Positions 47,325 to 57,481 of a DNA stretch of 64,000 nucleotides are shown here, piece by piece. Made by a program: the position numbers and the translations under genes. How positions within the stretch are numbered: the first letter of the stretch is position 1; each line of letters starts with the position of its first letter. The DNA comes from Nitrospira sp. (GTDB lineage: Bacteria; Nitrospirota; Nitrospiria; Nitrospirales; Nitrospiraceae). The stretch spans positions 1,120,001 through 1,184,000 of the forward strand of contig AP038806.1 of the NCBI GenBank assembly GCA_047150005.1, read 5' to 3'. The notes under the pieces were generated by a model. It saw nothing but the letters and a program-made list of their open reading frames with translations. It searched no databases and had not been told where the DNA came from.

Positions 47325-50104
47325 CACATGTCCTCCGGCGAGACAGGCGCCTTGCACCGGGCCTGTCCAAGAGCGGTCAACGTCAGCAGCGTCGCGCCGA
47401 ACACCGCCATGAGGACGCCCAGATCGAACGCCATCGCGCTCGTGAGGGACAGGTCGCCGATGAGCGGGACGTGCCAGTGGCCAGTTGCGCTGGTGAGAAA
47501 CGGCGCGCCGGCCAGCACGCTGGCAACCCCGGTCACGCCGGCCAGCAGCACACCGGCGCCGATCAGGACCGGAAAGTCGATCCGCATTCGGGCGAGCATC
47601 GGGCGGAGCCCCTCGCCCATATATTGCATGACGAGCGCGAGCGCGGCGATGAGCCCCGCGAGAAATCCGCCGCCGGGCTGATTGTGGCCGCGCATGAACA
47701 CATAGACTGCCACCAGCAACGCGAACGGGAGCAGCACCCGTGCCGCCGCTGCGAAGAGGATGCCGTTCGCCGACGGCTTGGACGCGACCGACGGCGTGTC
47801 GGCGCGCAGCCCGGCGAGGAGCATCCAGGCTCCCATGGCCGCCATCCCCAGAACGATGATCTCGCCGAAGGTATCGAAGCCGCGGAAATCGACGAGCAGC
47901 ACATTGACGACGTTCGCGCCGCCGCCGCCCGGCACGCTGTTCTCCAGAAAGTACCAGGCGATCGACTCCTGCCCGCGCGTCAGCACCGCCCATGAGAGGC
48001 CCGCCACCACCATGCCTGCGCCCATCGCCAGGACGGCATCGCGTGTTCTCCGCCCACGCGTCGATTCTCCCCGCGTGGATGACGGTAGGAGCGCGAGCGC
48101 CATGAGCAGCACCAATGTCGTGGCGACCTCGACGGCAAGCTGCGTCAAGGAGAGGTCGGGAGCTGAGAAATACGCGAACGCGATCGAGGCAGCCAGTCCG
48201 ACGACACCGGCCAGGATAATGGCGACGACCCGTATGCGATGGAACCAGACGGCGCCGAGAGCCCCGGCCATCGCTGCGCCCCATACCACGGCGCTGAGCG
48301 GCGCCAGGGCAGCCGGCGCCATCTCTCCACCTTCAGTCCCCGGCCCCACGAACGGCCAGGCGCCAAGCACGATGAACGTCGCAGCCACGAGGGCCAGGTA
48401 GCGCTGAAGCGAGCCGTTCTGCAACTGATTCGTCAGGCGTCCCGCGAACGCAATCCCGCGGTCGTAGACCTGCTGGAACAGCAGTCGACCGGTATAGCGC
48501 ACCGGTACGTGCAGGTGCAGATCGTAACGATGCCGCAGCAGCCAATAAATGAGCGCCCCGCCGGCAAGAGCGATCGCGCTCATGGCCAGCGGCGGCGTGA
48601 GGCCGTGCCAAATGGCGATTTGATAGGCGGGCAGCGAGCCCCCGACCACCTCCCGCGCCGCCGCGTCCACCAGTGGGGCGACGGTATAGTTGGGCAGGAC
48701 GCCCACCGCAATGCACACGACCGCCAGGATTTCTGCCGGCACTTTCATATAGCGCGGCGGCTTGTGCGGCACGTGCGGCAGATCGTGCGGCTCGTCGAAG
48801 AACACATCGTGGATGAACCGCACGGAGTAGGCGACGCTGAACATCGAACCCACCGTGACGGCAACCGGAGCGATGCCCTCCAACAACGGCAGGCCATGGA
48901 GATCGAGCGCTTCGGCGAAGAACATTTCTTTGGAGAGAAACCCGTTGAAGAGCGGGACGCCGGCCATCGCCAGCGCGGCCGCGATGGCCAGGGCTGCCGT
49001 TTGCGGCATGCTCCGCCAGAGCCCGCCTAGCCGCCGCATGTCGCGGGTTCCGCACTCGTGATCGACGATGCCGGCGGCCATGAAGAGTGACGCCTTGAAC
49101 GTCGCGTGATTCCCGATGTGAAACACGGCGGCCACCGAGGAACTCGGCGTATCCAGGCCCATCAGGAACATGATGAGACCGAGGTGACTGATGGTCGAAT
49201 ACGCGAGCAGGCCCTTCAGATCGTGCCTGAACATCGCTACGTACGCGCCGAACACCATCGTGACCAGGCCGATGCCGGTCGTCGTGTATTCGAACACGAA
49301 GTTGCCGCCGAGCAAGGGATAGAGCCTCGCAAGCAGGAACACGCCGGCCTTCACCATCGTCGCGGAGTGCAGGTACGCCGATACGGGGGTGGGCGCCGCC
49401 ATGGCCGCAGGCAGCCAGAAGTGGAACGGAAACTGCGCCGATTTGGTGAACGCCCCCAGCAGAATCAGCGCGAGGGCGATGTTGAAACGAGGATGATCCC
49501 GGATCGCCTCGCGCGCCGTGAACCAGGCGGAGAGCTCGAAACTCCCCGCAATGTCGCCGATGAGCAGGGCTCCGGCCAACAGGGCGAGCCCGCCGCCGCC
49601 GGTCACGGCGAAGGCCATGCGCGCGCCCTGCCTGGCGAGGGGGCTGTGGGTCCAGAATCCGATCAACAGGAAGGAGGAGAGGCTCGTCAGCTCCCAGCAC
49701 ATCACCAACAGCAGCGCGTTCTCGGAGAGGACGATGCCCAGCATCGCGGTCATGAACAGCATCAGTAGCGCGTACAACCGGCCGATTCGATCCTGCGGAG
49801 ACAGGTAATAGCGCGCATAGAGAATGACCAGCAGCCCGATGCCGAGAATGAGCAGCGCGAAGAAGAGGCCCAGCGCGTCGAGCCTGAACGAAAGATTCAG
49901 GCCGAGTTGCGGCAGCCACGGCCAACTCACGAGCATCCGTTCGCCCGTCAGGACCGCGGGCGCTTCACCGACCAGCAGCGCAAGACTGGCGATGGTCGGC
50001 ACGGCGGCGGCCCAGGCGGCGGCCGTGAAGCCCCGGCGCTGCATAAGGAGCGCGCCGGCGCCGCCGACCATGAACGGGAGGAGCATGATGATCGGCAAGG
50101 TCAC
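47324..50104 (-). CDS. mrpA: Mrp/Pha antiporter fused subunit A/B
   Basis: WELTSLSS, KSAQFPFHFWLP.AMAAPTPVSAYLHSATMVK, DFRGFDT, GHNQPGGGF. Confidence 0.93.
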   Translation of the reverse strand: MTLPIIMLLPFMVGGAGALLMQRRGFTAAAWAAAVPTIASLALLVGEAPAVLTGERMLVSWPWLPQLGLNLSFRLDALGLFFALLILGIGLLVILYARYYLSPQDRIGRLYALLMLFMTAMLGIVLSENALLLVMCWELTSLSSFLLIGFWTHSPLARQGARMAFAVTGGGGLALLAGALLIGDIAGSFELSAWFTAREAIRDHPRFNIALALILLGAFTKSAQFPFHFWLPAAMAAPTPVSAYLHSATMVKAGVFLLARLYPLLGGNFVFEYTTTGIGLVTMVFGAYVAMFRHDLKGLLAYSTISHLGLIMFLMGLDTPSSSVAAVFHIGNHATFKASLFMAAGIVDHECGTRDMRRLGGLWRSMPQTAALAIAAALAMAGVPLFNGFLSKEMFFAEALDLHGLPLLEGIAPVAVTVGSMFSVAYSVRFIHDVFFDEPHDLPHVPHKPPRYMKVPAEILAVVCIAVGVLPNYTVAPLVDAAAREVVGGSLPAYQIAIWHGLTPPLAMSAIALAGGALIYWLLRHRYDLHLHVPVRYTGRLLFQQVYDRGIAFAGRLTNQLQNGSLQRYLALVAATFIVLGAWPFVGPGTEGGEMAPAALAPLSAVVWGAAMAGALGAVWFHRIRVVAIILAGVVGLAASIAFAYFSAPDLSLTQLAVEVATTLVLLMALALLPSSTRGESTRGRRTRDAVLAMGAGMVVAGLSWAVLTRGQESIAWYFLENSVPGGGGANVVNVLLVDFRGFDTFGEIIVLGMAAMGAWMLLAGLRADTPSVASKPSANGILFAAAARVLLPFALLVAVYVFMRGHNQPGGGFLAGLIAALALVMQYMGEGLRPMLARMRIDFPVLIGAGVLLAGVTGVASVLAGAPFLTSATGHWHVPLIGDLSLTSAMAFDLGVLMAVFGATLLTLTALGQARCKAPVSPEDM

Positions 50105-50385
50105 GTCAGCGGATGTCCTGCGTTATAGAAATGGTCCAACGACACCGGTTCTCGCCCGGTACCTGTGTACGTGTATATCATGTTGAACGGGAAACTGTTC
50201 AAACGGCCGCCTGTCAGATCTGTCGGATCAAGGCGGACATCTCCGAATGTCCGCGGTACACGGAACGTGTCAGGTGAAGAGGCTGAACCAGCAGGTCGAG
50301 GTGGGTGGCGTCCAACGGTGGTGAAGATCAAGAGGCGGACCTGTGTCTCTTCCAAGCCGGCCATTCGAGCCATGGACGAGCATGC

Positions 50386-50991
50386 TCACTTCAGACGTTC
50401 CTCCACGGCACTCCAGCTGATGTTTGAAAAGAACGCGTCGATGTACTTGCCCCGCTCCGACGGCTTGTAATCGATGATGAAGGCATGCTCCCACACATCC
50501 ATCACCAGCAGGGGAACAAAGCCGGCCACGTTGCCCACTTCATGCAGCGTGATCCAGTGGTTCGAGAGCAGGCCGTTCATCGGATTCTGATAGCAGATCG
50601 CCCACCCGACCCCGCGCATCTTCCCGACGCTGGCGAAGTCCGCCTTCCAGATGTCATAGCTCCCGAAGCTGGACACCGCGGCGTGCACGAATGCGGAGTG
50701 TCGCTCGGGATCGCCGGAGCCGTGTTTCGTCATGTTGCCGAAGTAATATTCGTGCAGCACCATGCCGTTGTACTCAAACCCGAACCGCCGCTTGAGTTCC
50801 GAGTAGGCCGGCATCTCTTCCTGGTCCACTTTCCCATCCTGTAAAAACCCCATGATGTGCTCTGTCAGTCGGTTGGTCTCCTTGACATAGCCCCCATACA
50901 GCCTGAAATGGGTCTCCAGTGTCTGATCGGAGATGCCCTTCAGCCCGCTTAAATCAAACTGTTTCGCGTGGTAAGGCTCCCTTGCTGACAT
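50386..50991 (-). CDS. Fe/Mn-family superoxide dismutase
   Basis: THF.LY, LHEYYF, DVWEHA metal ligands. Confidence 0.88.
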   Translation of the reverse strand: MSAREPYHAKQFDLSGLKGISDQTLETHFRLYGGYVKETNRLTEHIMGFLQDGKVDQEEMPAYSELKRRFGFEYNGMVLHEYYFGNMTKHGSGDPERHSAFVHAAVSSFGSYDIWKADFASVGKMRGVGWAICYQNPMNGLLSNHWITLHEVGNVAGFVPLLVMDVWEHAFIIDYKPSERGKYIDAFFSNISWSAVEERLK

Positions 50992-51021
50992 GTTGCTCTC
51001 CTCGATGGTAAGGGCTAGAAA

Positions 51022-54000
51022 TTAGGGCTTCGGATGCGCTGCAACTTCTGCGGATGCCGCCCGATGGCCGCCACCTCGCGGCCGCGATCCAGGGCTTCCT
51101 TCAGGGCCTCGCGGAGTGTTGGCGCGCGTCCTGCGGAACAGCCCTGGCGCAGGCGAGCGCACCAGCACGAAGAACAACGGAACGAAAAAGATCGCGAGAA
51201 AGGTTGCGGCGATCATCCCACCGAACACACCGGTCCCGATCGAATGGCGGCTGGCCGCTCCGGCGCCGCCGGCGATCAGCAACGGCGCGACGCCGAGAAT
51301 AAACGCCAAGGAGGTCATCAGAATCGGGCGGAAGCGCAGCCGCGCGGCCTCGAGGGCGGCATCGGCCAACGGCACCCCATGCAGGTACCGCTGGTTGGCG
51401 AATTCCACGATCAGGATGGCGTTCTTGGCCGCGAGTCCGATGAGCGTGACCAAGCCGATCTGAAAATAGATATCGTTGGTCAGACCGGCAAGCCACACCG
51501 CCGACAAGGCGCCGAGCACGCCGAACGGCACGGCCAGAATGACGGCAAACGGCACCTTCCAACTTTCGTACTGCGCTGCGAGCACGAGGAACACCATGAG
51601 CAATCCGAAACCGAACGCGACGACCGACTGCGCGCCGGCATTGCGCTCTTGATACGAGATTCCGCTCCAATCGACGTCGAATCCTCTGGGAATCAAGACC
51701 TCCTGCGCCGCTCGCTCCAAGGCGTCGAGCGCTTGTCCTGAGCTGTACCCCGGCGCCGCGGAGCCGAGGACGAGGGCGGTATTGAATCCGTTGAAATGCG
51801 TGACCGGATCAGGCCCGCTGGTGTAGGTCGTCGTGACGACCGTGTCGAGCGGAATCATGGCCTGGCGCTGGCCGTTCACCGCCCGCACGTAAATTTTGGC
51901 GATGTCGGCGGGGCGGGAACGATACTGCGGCTCCGCTTCGGTCTGCACCCGGTAGACGCGGCCGAACTTCACGAAATCGTTCACATAGAGGTTACCGAAA
52001 TAGGCTTGGAGCGTGTCGAAGACTTCGGAGATCGGCACCCCCAGCGTCTTGGCCCGTTCCCGGTTCACTTTGGCATACACGCGCGGCGCGCTCACGCGGA
52101 AACTGGTGCTGACGGCGCCGATCGCCGGGTCCTGTCTCGCCCTGGCGACGAATTCCTGCGCCACGGCGCCGAACTTCGTAAAGTCGCCGCCGCCGGGATC
52201 TTGCAGCTGGACGGAGAATCCCCCTGTGGCCCCGAGCCCGCGGATCGAAGGCGCATTGAAGGCCAGAACCAGGGCGCCCGGAATCGTCGCAAATTCCCTG
52301 AAGGCGCCGCCGATGAGCGCCTTCACATGGTCCTGCCGGCCTTTCCTCTCATCCCAATGTTTGAGCGGTGTGAACATCGTGGCCGTGTTGGTGCCCCGCG
52401 TGTTGAAGACGAAGTTCTGTCCCGACAGGGTTTGCGTCCCGTAAATCGCCGGCAGCGTTTGGTAGTATTGCTCGACCCTGTCCAGGACGGCGTCCGTCCG
52501 TTTTTTCGACGCGCCGTCGGGAAGCTGCGCAATCGTGATGAAGTATCCTTGATCTTCGTCGGGCAGAAACGCCATCGGGATCGCCCGAAAGAGACCTCCC
52601 GCAAACGCGAGAACCACGCCGAACAACGCGAGCGAGAGGAGCGCATGCCTCAACATAAGGCCGACACCGTTTGCATAGTGATGCTGGGTCCAATCGAAGA
52701 ACCGGTTGAAAAGCCCGAACACTCCTCTGCCCTGGTCGTGACGGGGCTTGAGCACCAGCGCGCAGAGCGCAGGGCTGAGCGTCAGCGCGACGAAGCCTGA
52801 AATCGCCACGGACACGGCGATCGTAATGGCGAACTGCTTGTACAACTGGCCGGTGATCCCGCCGAGAAAGCCCACCGGCACGAACACAGCGCAGAGAATG
52901 AGCACGATCGCGATCACCGGTCCGGCCACTTCACCCATCGCCTTCTTGGCGGCTTCGTTCGGCGACAACCCCTGCTCCATATGGCGCTCTACATTTTCCA
53001 CGACCACAATGGCGTCGTCGACCACGATGCCGATGGCGAGCACCAGGCCGAAGAGTGTCAGGGTGTTGATCGAGAAACCCAAGGCCGCCATCCCCGCAAA
53101 CGTGCCGATCAGTGAGACCGGCACGGCCAGCGCCGGAATCAAGGTAGCTCGCCAGCTCTGCAGAAACAGATAGACGACACCAACGACCAGAATCATCGCT
53201 TCCAGCAGCGTCTTTACGACTTCCTTGATCGACACCTCGACAAAACGCGTCGTGTCGTACGGGATGTCGTAGGTGACGCCCGGCGGAAAGATTCTCGTGA
53301 GGCGATCCATTTCAGCCCTCACCGCCTTCACGGTGTCGAGCGCATTGGCTCCCGGAGAGAGAAAGGTGAGGAGCAGCGCGGTGGGCTTGCGGTTATACCG
53401 GCCCTCCAGGACATAGGATTGCGCGCCCAGCTCCACCCGCGCCACGTCCTTGAGACGGACCATCGAGCCGTCCGGCAGAGCCCGGACGATCATGTCTTCG
53501 AATTCACGCACTTCGGACATGCGGCCTTCCGTGATCAGTGGAAGGGTCAGCTCGGTGGCGGCCGCCATCGGCTCACGTCCGATGGTGCCGGCGGGAAAAT
53601 CGCGGTTCTGCTCGCGCACCACGTTGGCGATATCGGTCGGCGTCAGTGCCAACTGGGCCATGCGTACCGGGTCGAGGATGAGACGCATGCTGTAGTTCTG
53701 CTGGCCGAACACCAGGGCATCGCCGACGCCCGGGAGACGCTTGATGTTGTCGAGGATCCGCAGAATGGCGAAGTTGGACAGGAAGAATGCGTCCTGCTGA
53801 GGGTCGTCGGATTGCAGCACCATCACGGCCAGGAGATCCGGCGACATCTTTTTCACGGTGATTCCCTGGCGGACGACCTCCGGCGGCAACTGCGGTTCCG
53901 CAAGCTTCTGGCGATTCTGGGTCTGGACCTGCGCAATATCCACATCGGTCCCGATCTGGAAGGTGAGGCGAAGGCTCACGTGGCCGTCGTTCGTACTGGT

Positions 54001-54243
54001 TGAATCGAAGTACAAGAGATTGTCGATGCCGGGCAGCTGTAATTCGATCGGCCGCGCCACGGACTCGGCCGCGACTTCCGCACTGGCGCCGGGATAGTCG
54101 GCTTCGATCTGGACGACGGGTGGAGTGATTTCAGGGAATTGCGCGATCGGGAGCGTCCGCATGGCTACGAGCCCGATCACAACGATGACGATGGAAAGGA
54201 CCGACGCAAAGACCGGTCGGTCGATAAAAAAGCTGAAGTTCAT
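51022..54243 (-). CDS. RND efflux permease (AcrB/HAE1 family)
   Basis: FIDRPVFA, QFPEITPP, GIVVDDAIVVVENVER, KNAILIVEFA, RFRPILMTS. Confidence 0.95.
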   Translation of the reverse strand: MNFSFFIDRPVFASVLSIVIVVIGLVAMRTLPIAQFPEITPPVVQIEADYPGASAEVAAESVARPIELQLPGIDNLLYFDSTSTNDGHVSLRLTFQIGTDVDIAQVQTQNRQKLAEPQLPPEVVRQGITVKKMSPDLLAVMVLQSDDPQQDAFFLSNFAILRILDNIKRLPGVGDALVFGQQNYSMRLILDPVRMAQLALTPTDIANVVREQNRDFPAGTIGREPMAAATELTLPLITEGRMSEVREFEDMIVRALPDGSMVRLKDVARVELGAQSYVLEGRYNRKPTALLLTFLSPGANALDTVKAVRAEMDRLTRIFPPGVTYDIPYDTTRFVEVSIKEVVKTLLEAMILVVGVVYLFLQSWRATLIPALAVPVSLIGTFAGMAALGFSINTLTLFGLVLAIGIVVDDAIVVVENVERHMEQGLSPNEAAKKAMGEVAGPVIAIVLILCAVFVPVGFLGGITGQLYKQFAITIAVSVAISGFVALTLSPALCALVLKPRHDQGRGVFGLFNRFFDWTQHHYANGVGLMLRHALLSLALFGVVLAFAGGLFRAIPMAFLPDEDQGYFITIAQLPDGASKKRTDAVLDRVEQYYQTLPAIYGTQTLSGQNFVFNTRGTNTATMFTPLKHWDERKGRQDHVKALIGGAFREFATIPGALVLAFNAPSIRGLGATGGFSVQLQDPGGGDFTKFGAVAQEFVARARQDPAIGAVSTSFRVSAPRVYAKVNRERAKTLGVPISEVFDTLQAYFGNLYVNDFVKFGRVYRVQTEAEPQYRSRPADIAKIYVRAVNGQRQAMIPLDTVVTTTYTSGPDPVTHFNGFNTALVLGSAAPGYSSGQALDALERAAQEVLIPRGFDVDWSGISYQERNAGAQSVVAFGFGLLMVFLVLAAQYESWKVPFAVILAVPFGVLGALSAVWLAGLTNDIYFQIGLVTLIGLAAKNAILIVEFANQRYLHGVPLADAALEAARLRFRPILMTSLAFILGVAPLLIAGGAGAASRHSIGTGVFGGMIAATFLAIFFVPLFFVLVRSPAPGLFRRTRANTPRGPEGSPGSRPRGGGHRAASAEVAAHPKP

Positions 54244-55433
54244 TTCGGCTTGTCCGCGCCGGCGGCGACGGGCGCCGGAACGGCATCGGTCGTCGCCGAG
54301 GAAACAGGCACGGCCTTGACCTGGGCTCCCGGCAGGATCCGCTGGAACCCATCTACGATCACCCGCTCTCCTGCATGGAGCCCTTCTTCAATGAGCCAGC
54401 GATCCCCTTCCCAATCGGCTGCCTTCACGTCCCGGACTTCCACCTTGTCGTCCTTGCCGACAACATAAACCACCGCGCCCTTCGGCCCTTGCTGGACCGC
54501 CCGCTGCGGAACAAGGATGGAATTGGGTTTCGACACCCCGTGGAAACGCACAGTGACGAACTGGCCCGGCATCAAAACCCGGTCGGGATTCGGGAAAACC
54601 ACCCGCGCCTGCCGCGAGCCTGTCTCCGATCGCAAACTCACGTCAGCAAAATCCAACTTGCCCTCGTGGGGATAGGTCGTACCGTCCACGAAAATGATCG
54701 TGCCCGTCAGGTGATAGATGCCTGGATGTTGGATCCGTTGGGACAGGATGTCCCGCCGCCGCTTGAGGAGAAAACTTTCCGGCGCGCTCACGATCACGTA
54801 CATCGGATCGACCTGATGGATCACGGTCAGCAGGTCCGTCTGGGCGGTGACCAATCGTCCTTGATAAGAGCGGGTCCGCTCGATCAGGCCGTCGACAGGG
54901 GCCGTGATGAGCGTGTTGTCGAGATCGAATTGCGCTCGGACGAGATCCCCCTTTGCCGCCTCCAGCGCCGCCTTGGCGGCGAGATCTTCGGCGATCGCGT
55001 CATCCACGTCTTTCTGACTGACGGCCTGTTCGACGAGCAACGGTTTGACCCGCTTCATATTCTGCTTGGCTTGCACGAGCCTCGCTTCCGCTTGCGCGAC
55101 TCTGCCTTTCGCGCTGACGAAGGCCGCCTTGAACGGGACGGGATCTATCTCATAGAGTTGATCGCCTTCCTTGACGTCGCGCCCTTCGGAGAAGAAGCGC
55201 CGTTTGATGATGCCCGTGACTTGGGAACGAATCTCGACGATGCTCGATGCCTCGGCTTGCCCGATGAATTCCGGCTCATCGGGCACAGTCTGAAGACTGA
55301 CCTCGACGATCTCTACCTCCGGCAGTTGACGCGCGGAGGAAGACCCGGCTTCACCTTTGCAGGCACACAGGCTTGCTCCGATCATGAGAAGCAGCGCGCC
55401 GATCGAGGGTCTCCGCACAATGCCTTCGATCAT
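54240..55433 (-). CDS. RND periplasmic adaptor (membrane fusion lipoprotein)
   Basis: Lipobox-like LCAC, EIRSQVTG, ITAPVDG, VPQRAV, GL..GE.VIVDG. Confidence 0.9.
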   Translation of the reverse strand: MIEGIVRRPSIGALLLMIGASLCACKGEAGSSSARQLPEVEIVEVSLQTVPDEPEFIGQAEASSIVEIRSQVTGIIKRRFFSEGRDVKEGDQLYEIDPVPFKAAFVSAKGRVAQAEARLVQAKQNMKRVKPLLVEQAVSQKDVDDAIAEDLAAKAALEAAKGDLVRAQFDLDNTLITAPVDGLIERTRSYQGRLVTAQTDLLTVIHQVDPMYVIVSAPESFLLKRRRDILSQRIQHPGIYHLTGTIIFVDGTTYPHEGKLDFADVSLRSETGSRQARVVFPNPDRVLMPGQFVTVRFHGVSKPNSILVPQRAVQQGPKGAVVYVVGKDDKVEVRDVKAADWEGDRWLIEEGLHAGERVIVDGFQRILPGAQVKAVPVSSATTDAVPAPVAAGADKPK

Positions 55434-55599
55434 GACGAGGTTCTTCCTACCTGTCCCAGGCTCATGCCGCACGATCGAGTCTCCAATTCTTGCCCCATCA
55501 TGGCGCTTTATCGGTTTTCTCTGCAACTACCTTTCGTGGCAGGTTCCTCCTTCGGTTTCACCGATTCAAACTTCGCGCGCCGGAGATCCGGCTCCACGG

Positions 55600-55730
55600 G
55601 GTGCAGCGGCGTGAGGAGTTGGACGCGCGGCGGGATGCCTCCTCGAGTTCCGCATCGTTCGCGAGGGACAACTCTCCCGCGAGCATTTTTTCTTTTTGCG
55701 TTCTGCCGTCGTCCTGATCGATCTGTGACA
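55600..55730 (-). pseudogene. N-terminal remnant of a maltose O-acetyltransferase-like gene
   Basis: RTQKEKMLAGEL..ANDAEL, then loses similarity. Confidence 0.45.
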
Positions 55731-55799
55731 TGCGGGCTCGGTCCCAATGACTCTCTGCTGCGGAACTCCTCGCCGCCAAGTCGTGTTTCAATTTGGCCG

Positions 55800-55948
55800 T
55801 CATGCCGCCAGACGCACAATCGGTTTGATGGTGACGCCTTTCTCGCTGTCTTCGGCCGCCTGGTTGATCTGGTCGAGACTGTAGAACTTGACCAGCCTGT
55901 CGAACGGAAAGCGGCCCTGCATGTAGAGATCCACCAGACTCGGGATGG
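55800..55948 (-). pseudogene. C-terminal remnant of a Zn-dependent (aryl-)alcohol dehydrogenase
   Basis: [45 protein letters not shown]. Confidence 0.65.
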
Positions 55949-56268
55949 AAGAGATGCAGCAGCACATTCCCAATGAGCAGGTTGAGCAATGTCCAGATGA
56001 CGGCGGCAAGGCTGTACCAGAGGGAGACATAAAACCGGGCGGCCCGCCGGCGAAAGATCGTGCCGAGCACTTGAACCGCGATGCCGAGGAACACCGCATA
56101 ACGCAAAACGTTGAGGGGCCACTCGAACTCGGCGTTCTCCACGCCGATCACGTACCCCATGAGTAAGGAGGCCGAGCCCAGCACGAGAAAGGCGTTCCAC
56201 ATCCACAGAAGAGGCCATCCCCACTCGGGCTTATACAGCGGGACTCCGCAGAGCCGGGGAACAAAGTA

Positions 56269-57102
56269 GAACCTATCTCAAAATTGCTTTAGGAGCATGG
56301 TAATCGATGCGAGCTGCACAAACCCCAGGAAGTTTGAGGCGTAATATTCCCAACGTACGAGTAACCGCCGCTTCCATTGGAGCCACGCAAAGAACCGTTC
56401 GACGAGCCAGCGGCGTTGGTACCGGCGCAAGTGGCGCCCGTCCTGGGTCTTGAGTTTGCGGGTGGACCGGTGCGGCGCGATCAGGTTCACGCCGCCTTGC
56501 TTGAGGTCGTCATCGAGCCCATCGCTGTCATAGGCCCGATCGCCGATGAGATGCTCGGGCTTGGCCTCCAGCATGTAGAAGTCGAAACTGAGTTGGACCA
56601 ATGTGACCTCATGATGATTGGCCGCGTGCGTACTGACCGAGAGCGGCAACCCATGACGATCCACAATCGCCAGGATCTTCACGCCTTTGCCGCGTTTCGT
56701 GAGCCCCACCGCGTCGCCCCCGCCCTTGGCGGCCGCGAACGTCGCGTCGATGAAACTCTCGCGCTCGTCGATGGCGCCCTCGTCGCGCAGCGTATTCGCC
56801 AACTGCGTGAGAATCTCGCGCAGCACCTCGCGTTCGCACCACTGCTGAAATCGGCGATGAACCGTTTTGTAGTTGGGATAGCACTGCGGCAGCATGTGCC
56901 ACTGCGCCCCGGTGTTCAGAATCCACAGCACGGCCTCCAAGACCGCGCGGGCGGGCACGGGTTTGCGGCCGGGCCGGCCTTCGGGAATGTGTTCCTCGGG
57001 AAAATGTTCCCGAATCCGCTCCCATTGGTCGTCGCGCAGGCGCAACATGCGGGCGCATTATAGGCACTTTTCTGATGAGCACAACCATTTTGAGATAGGT
57101 TC
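56269..57102 (-). mobile_element. IS5-family insertion sequence (834 bp)
   Basis: Perfect IR gaacctatctcaaaat / attttgagataggttc, TA duplication. Confidence 0.9.
56278..57048 (-). CDS. IS5-family transposase
   Basis: WILNTGAQW..LP, IDAT, GDRAYDS, RWLVERFFAWL. Confidence 0.93.
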   Translation of the reverse strand: MLRLRDDQWERIREHFPEEHIPEGRPGRKPVPARAVLEAVLWILNTGAQWHMLPQCYPNYKTVHRRFQQWCEREVLREILTQLANTLRDEGAIDERESFIDATFAAAKGGGDAVGLTKRGKGVKILAIVDRHGLPLSVSTHAANHHEVTLVQLSFDFYMLEAKPEHLIGDRAYDSDGLDDDLKQGGVNLIAPHRSTRKLKTQDGRHLRRYQRRWLVERFFAWLQWKRRLLVRWEYYASNFLGFVQLASITMLLKQF

Positions 57103-57481
57103 TAGTAGAGGAGGCCGATGAACGCGGTCGTGAACGACCCGAAAATCACGCCGTTGGTATGGACTGGGCGCAACCGCCCGAAGGTGAGAAACGAGGCGCC
57201 ACCCAGAAACTCAGGATTATGGAGCTGGATCGAAACCAGCACGCCGACGAAGGGGAAAAACGTCAGCCAGACCAGCCCCCACTTGGCCCAAGCTTGCACG
57301 AGGGAGTTGTCCAGTGGATCTGTCTCTCCCACCGACACCCCCCTCGTTGACTGATTCGACCGGAGAAAGCGACGGCCGATGCCTGAGGCATCGGCCGTCG
57401 CCACAACCCGCGCACTCCTATCTCACCTCACTCAGAAAGACGGCAATCCTGCGGACGATTGATGTGGACGTACACGGCTTG

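Larger units (their letters stand above)
55949..57338 (-). pseudogene. cbb3-type oxidase subunit I (CcoN-like) fragment split by IS5 and 3' truncated
   Basis: LTFGRLRPVHTNGVIF; removing the IS restores GLLYYFVPRLCGVPLY...AEFEWP...YVSLWY. Confidence 0.75.

Noticed and set aside
45527..49925. Long alternative-frame ORFs (497, 438, 530 aa) on the mrp strand
   Set aside because: Off-frame Arg/Ala-rich readings of GC-rich mrp genes; only the MrpC part of the 438-aa ORF is real
54375..55976. 533-aa plus-strand ORF
   Set aside because: Shadow of the RND adaptor and pseudogene fragments
55558..56202. 214-aa ORF as a functional gene
   Set aside because: Chance read-through across ccoN, adh and maa fragments
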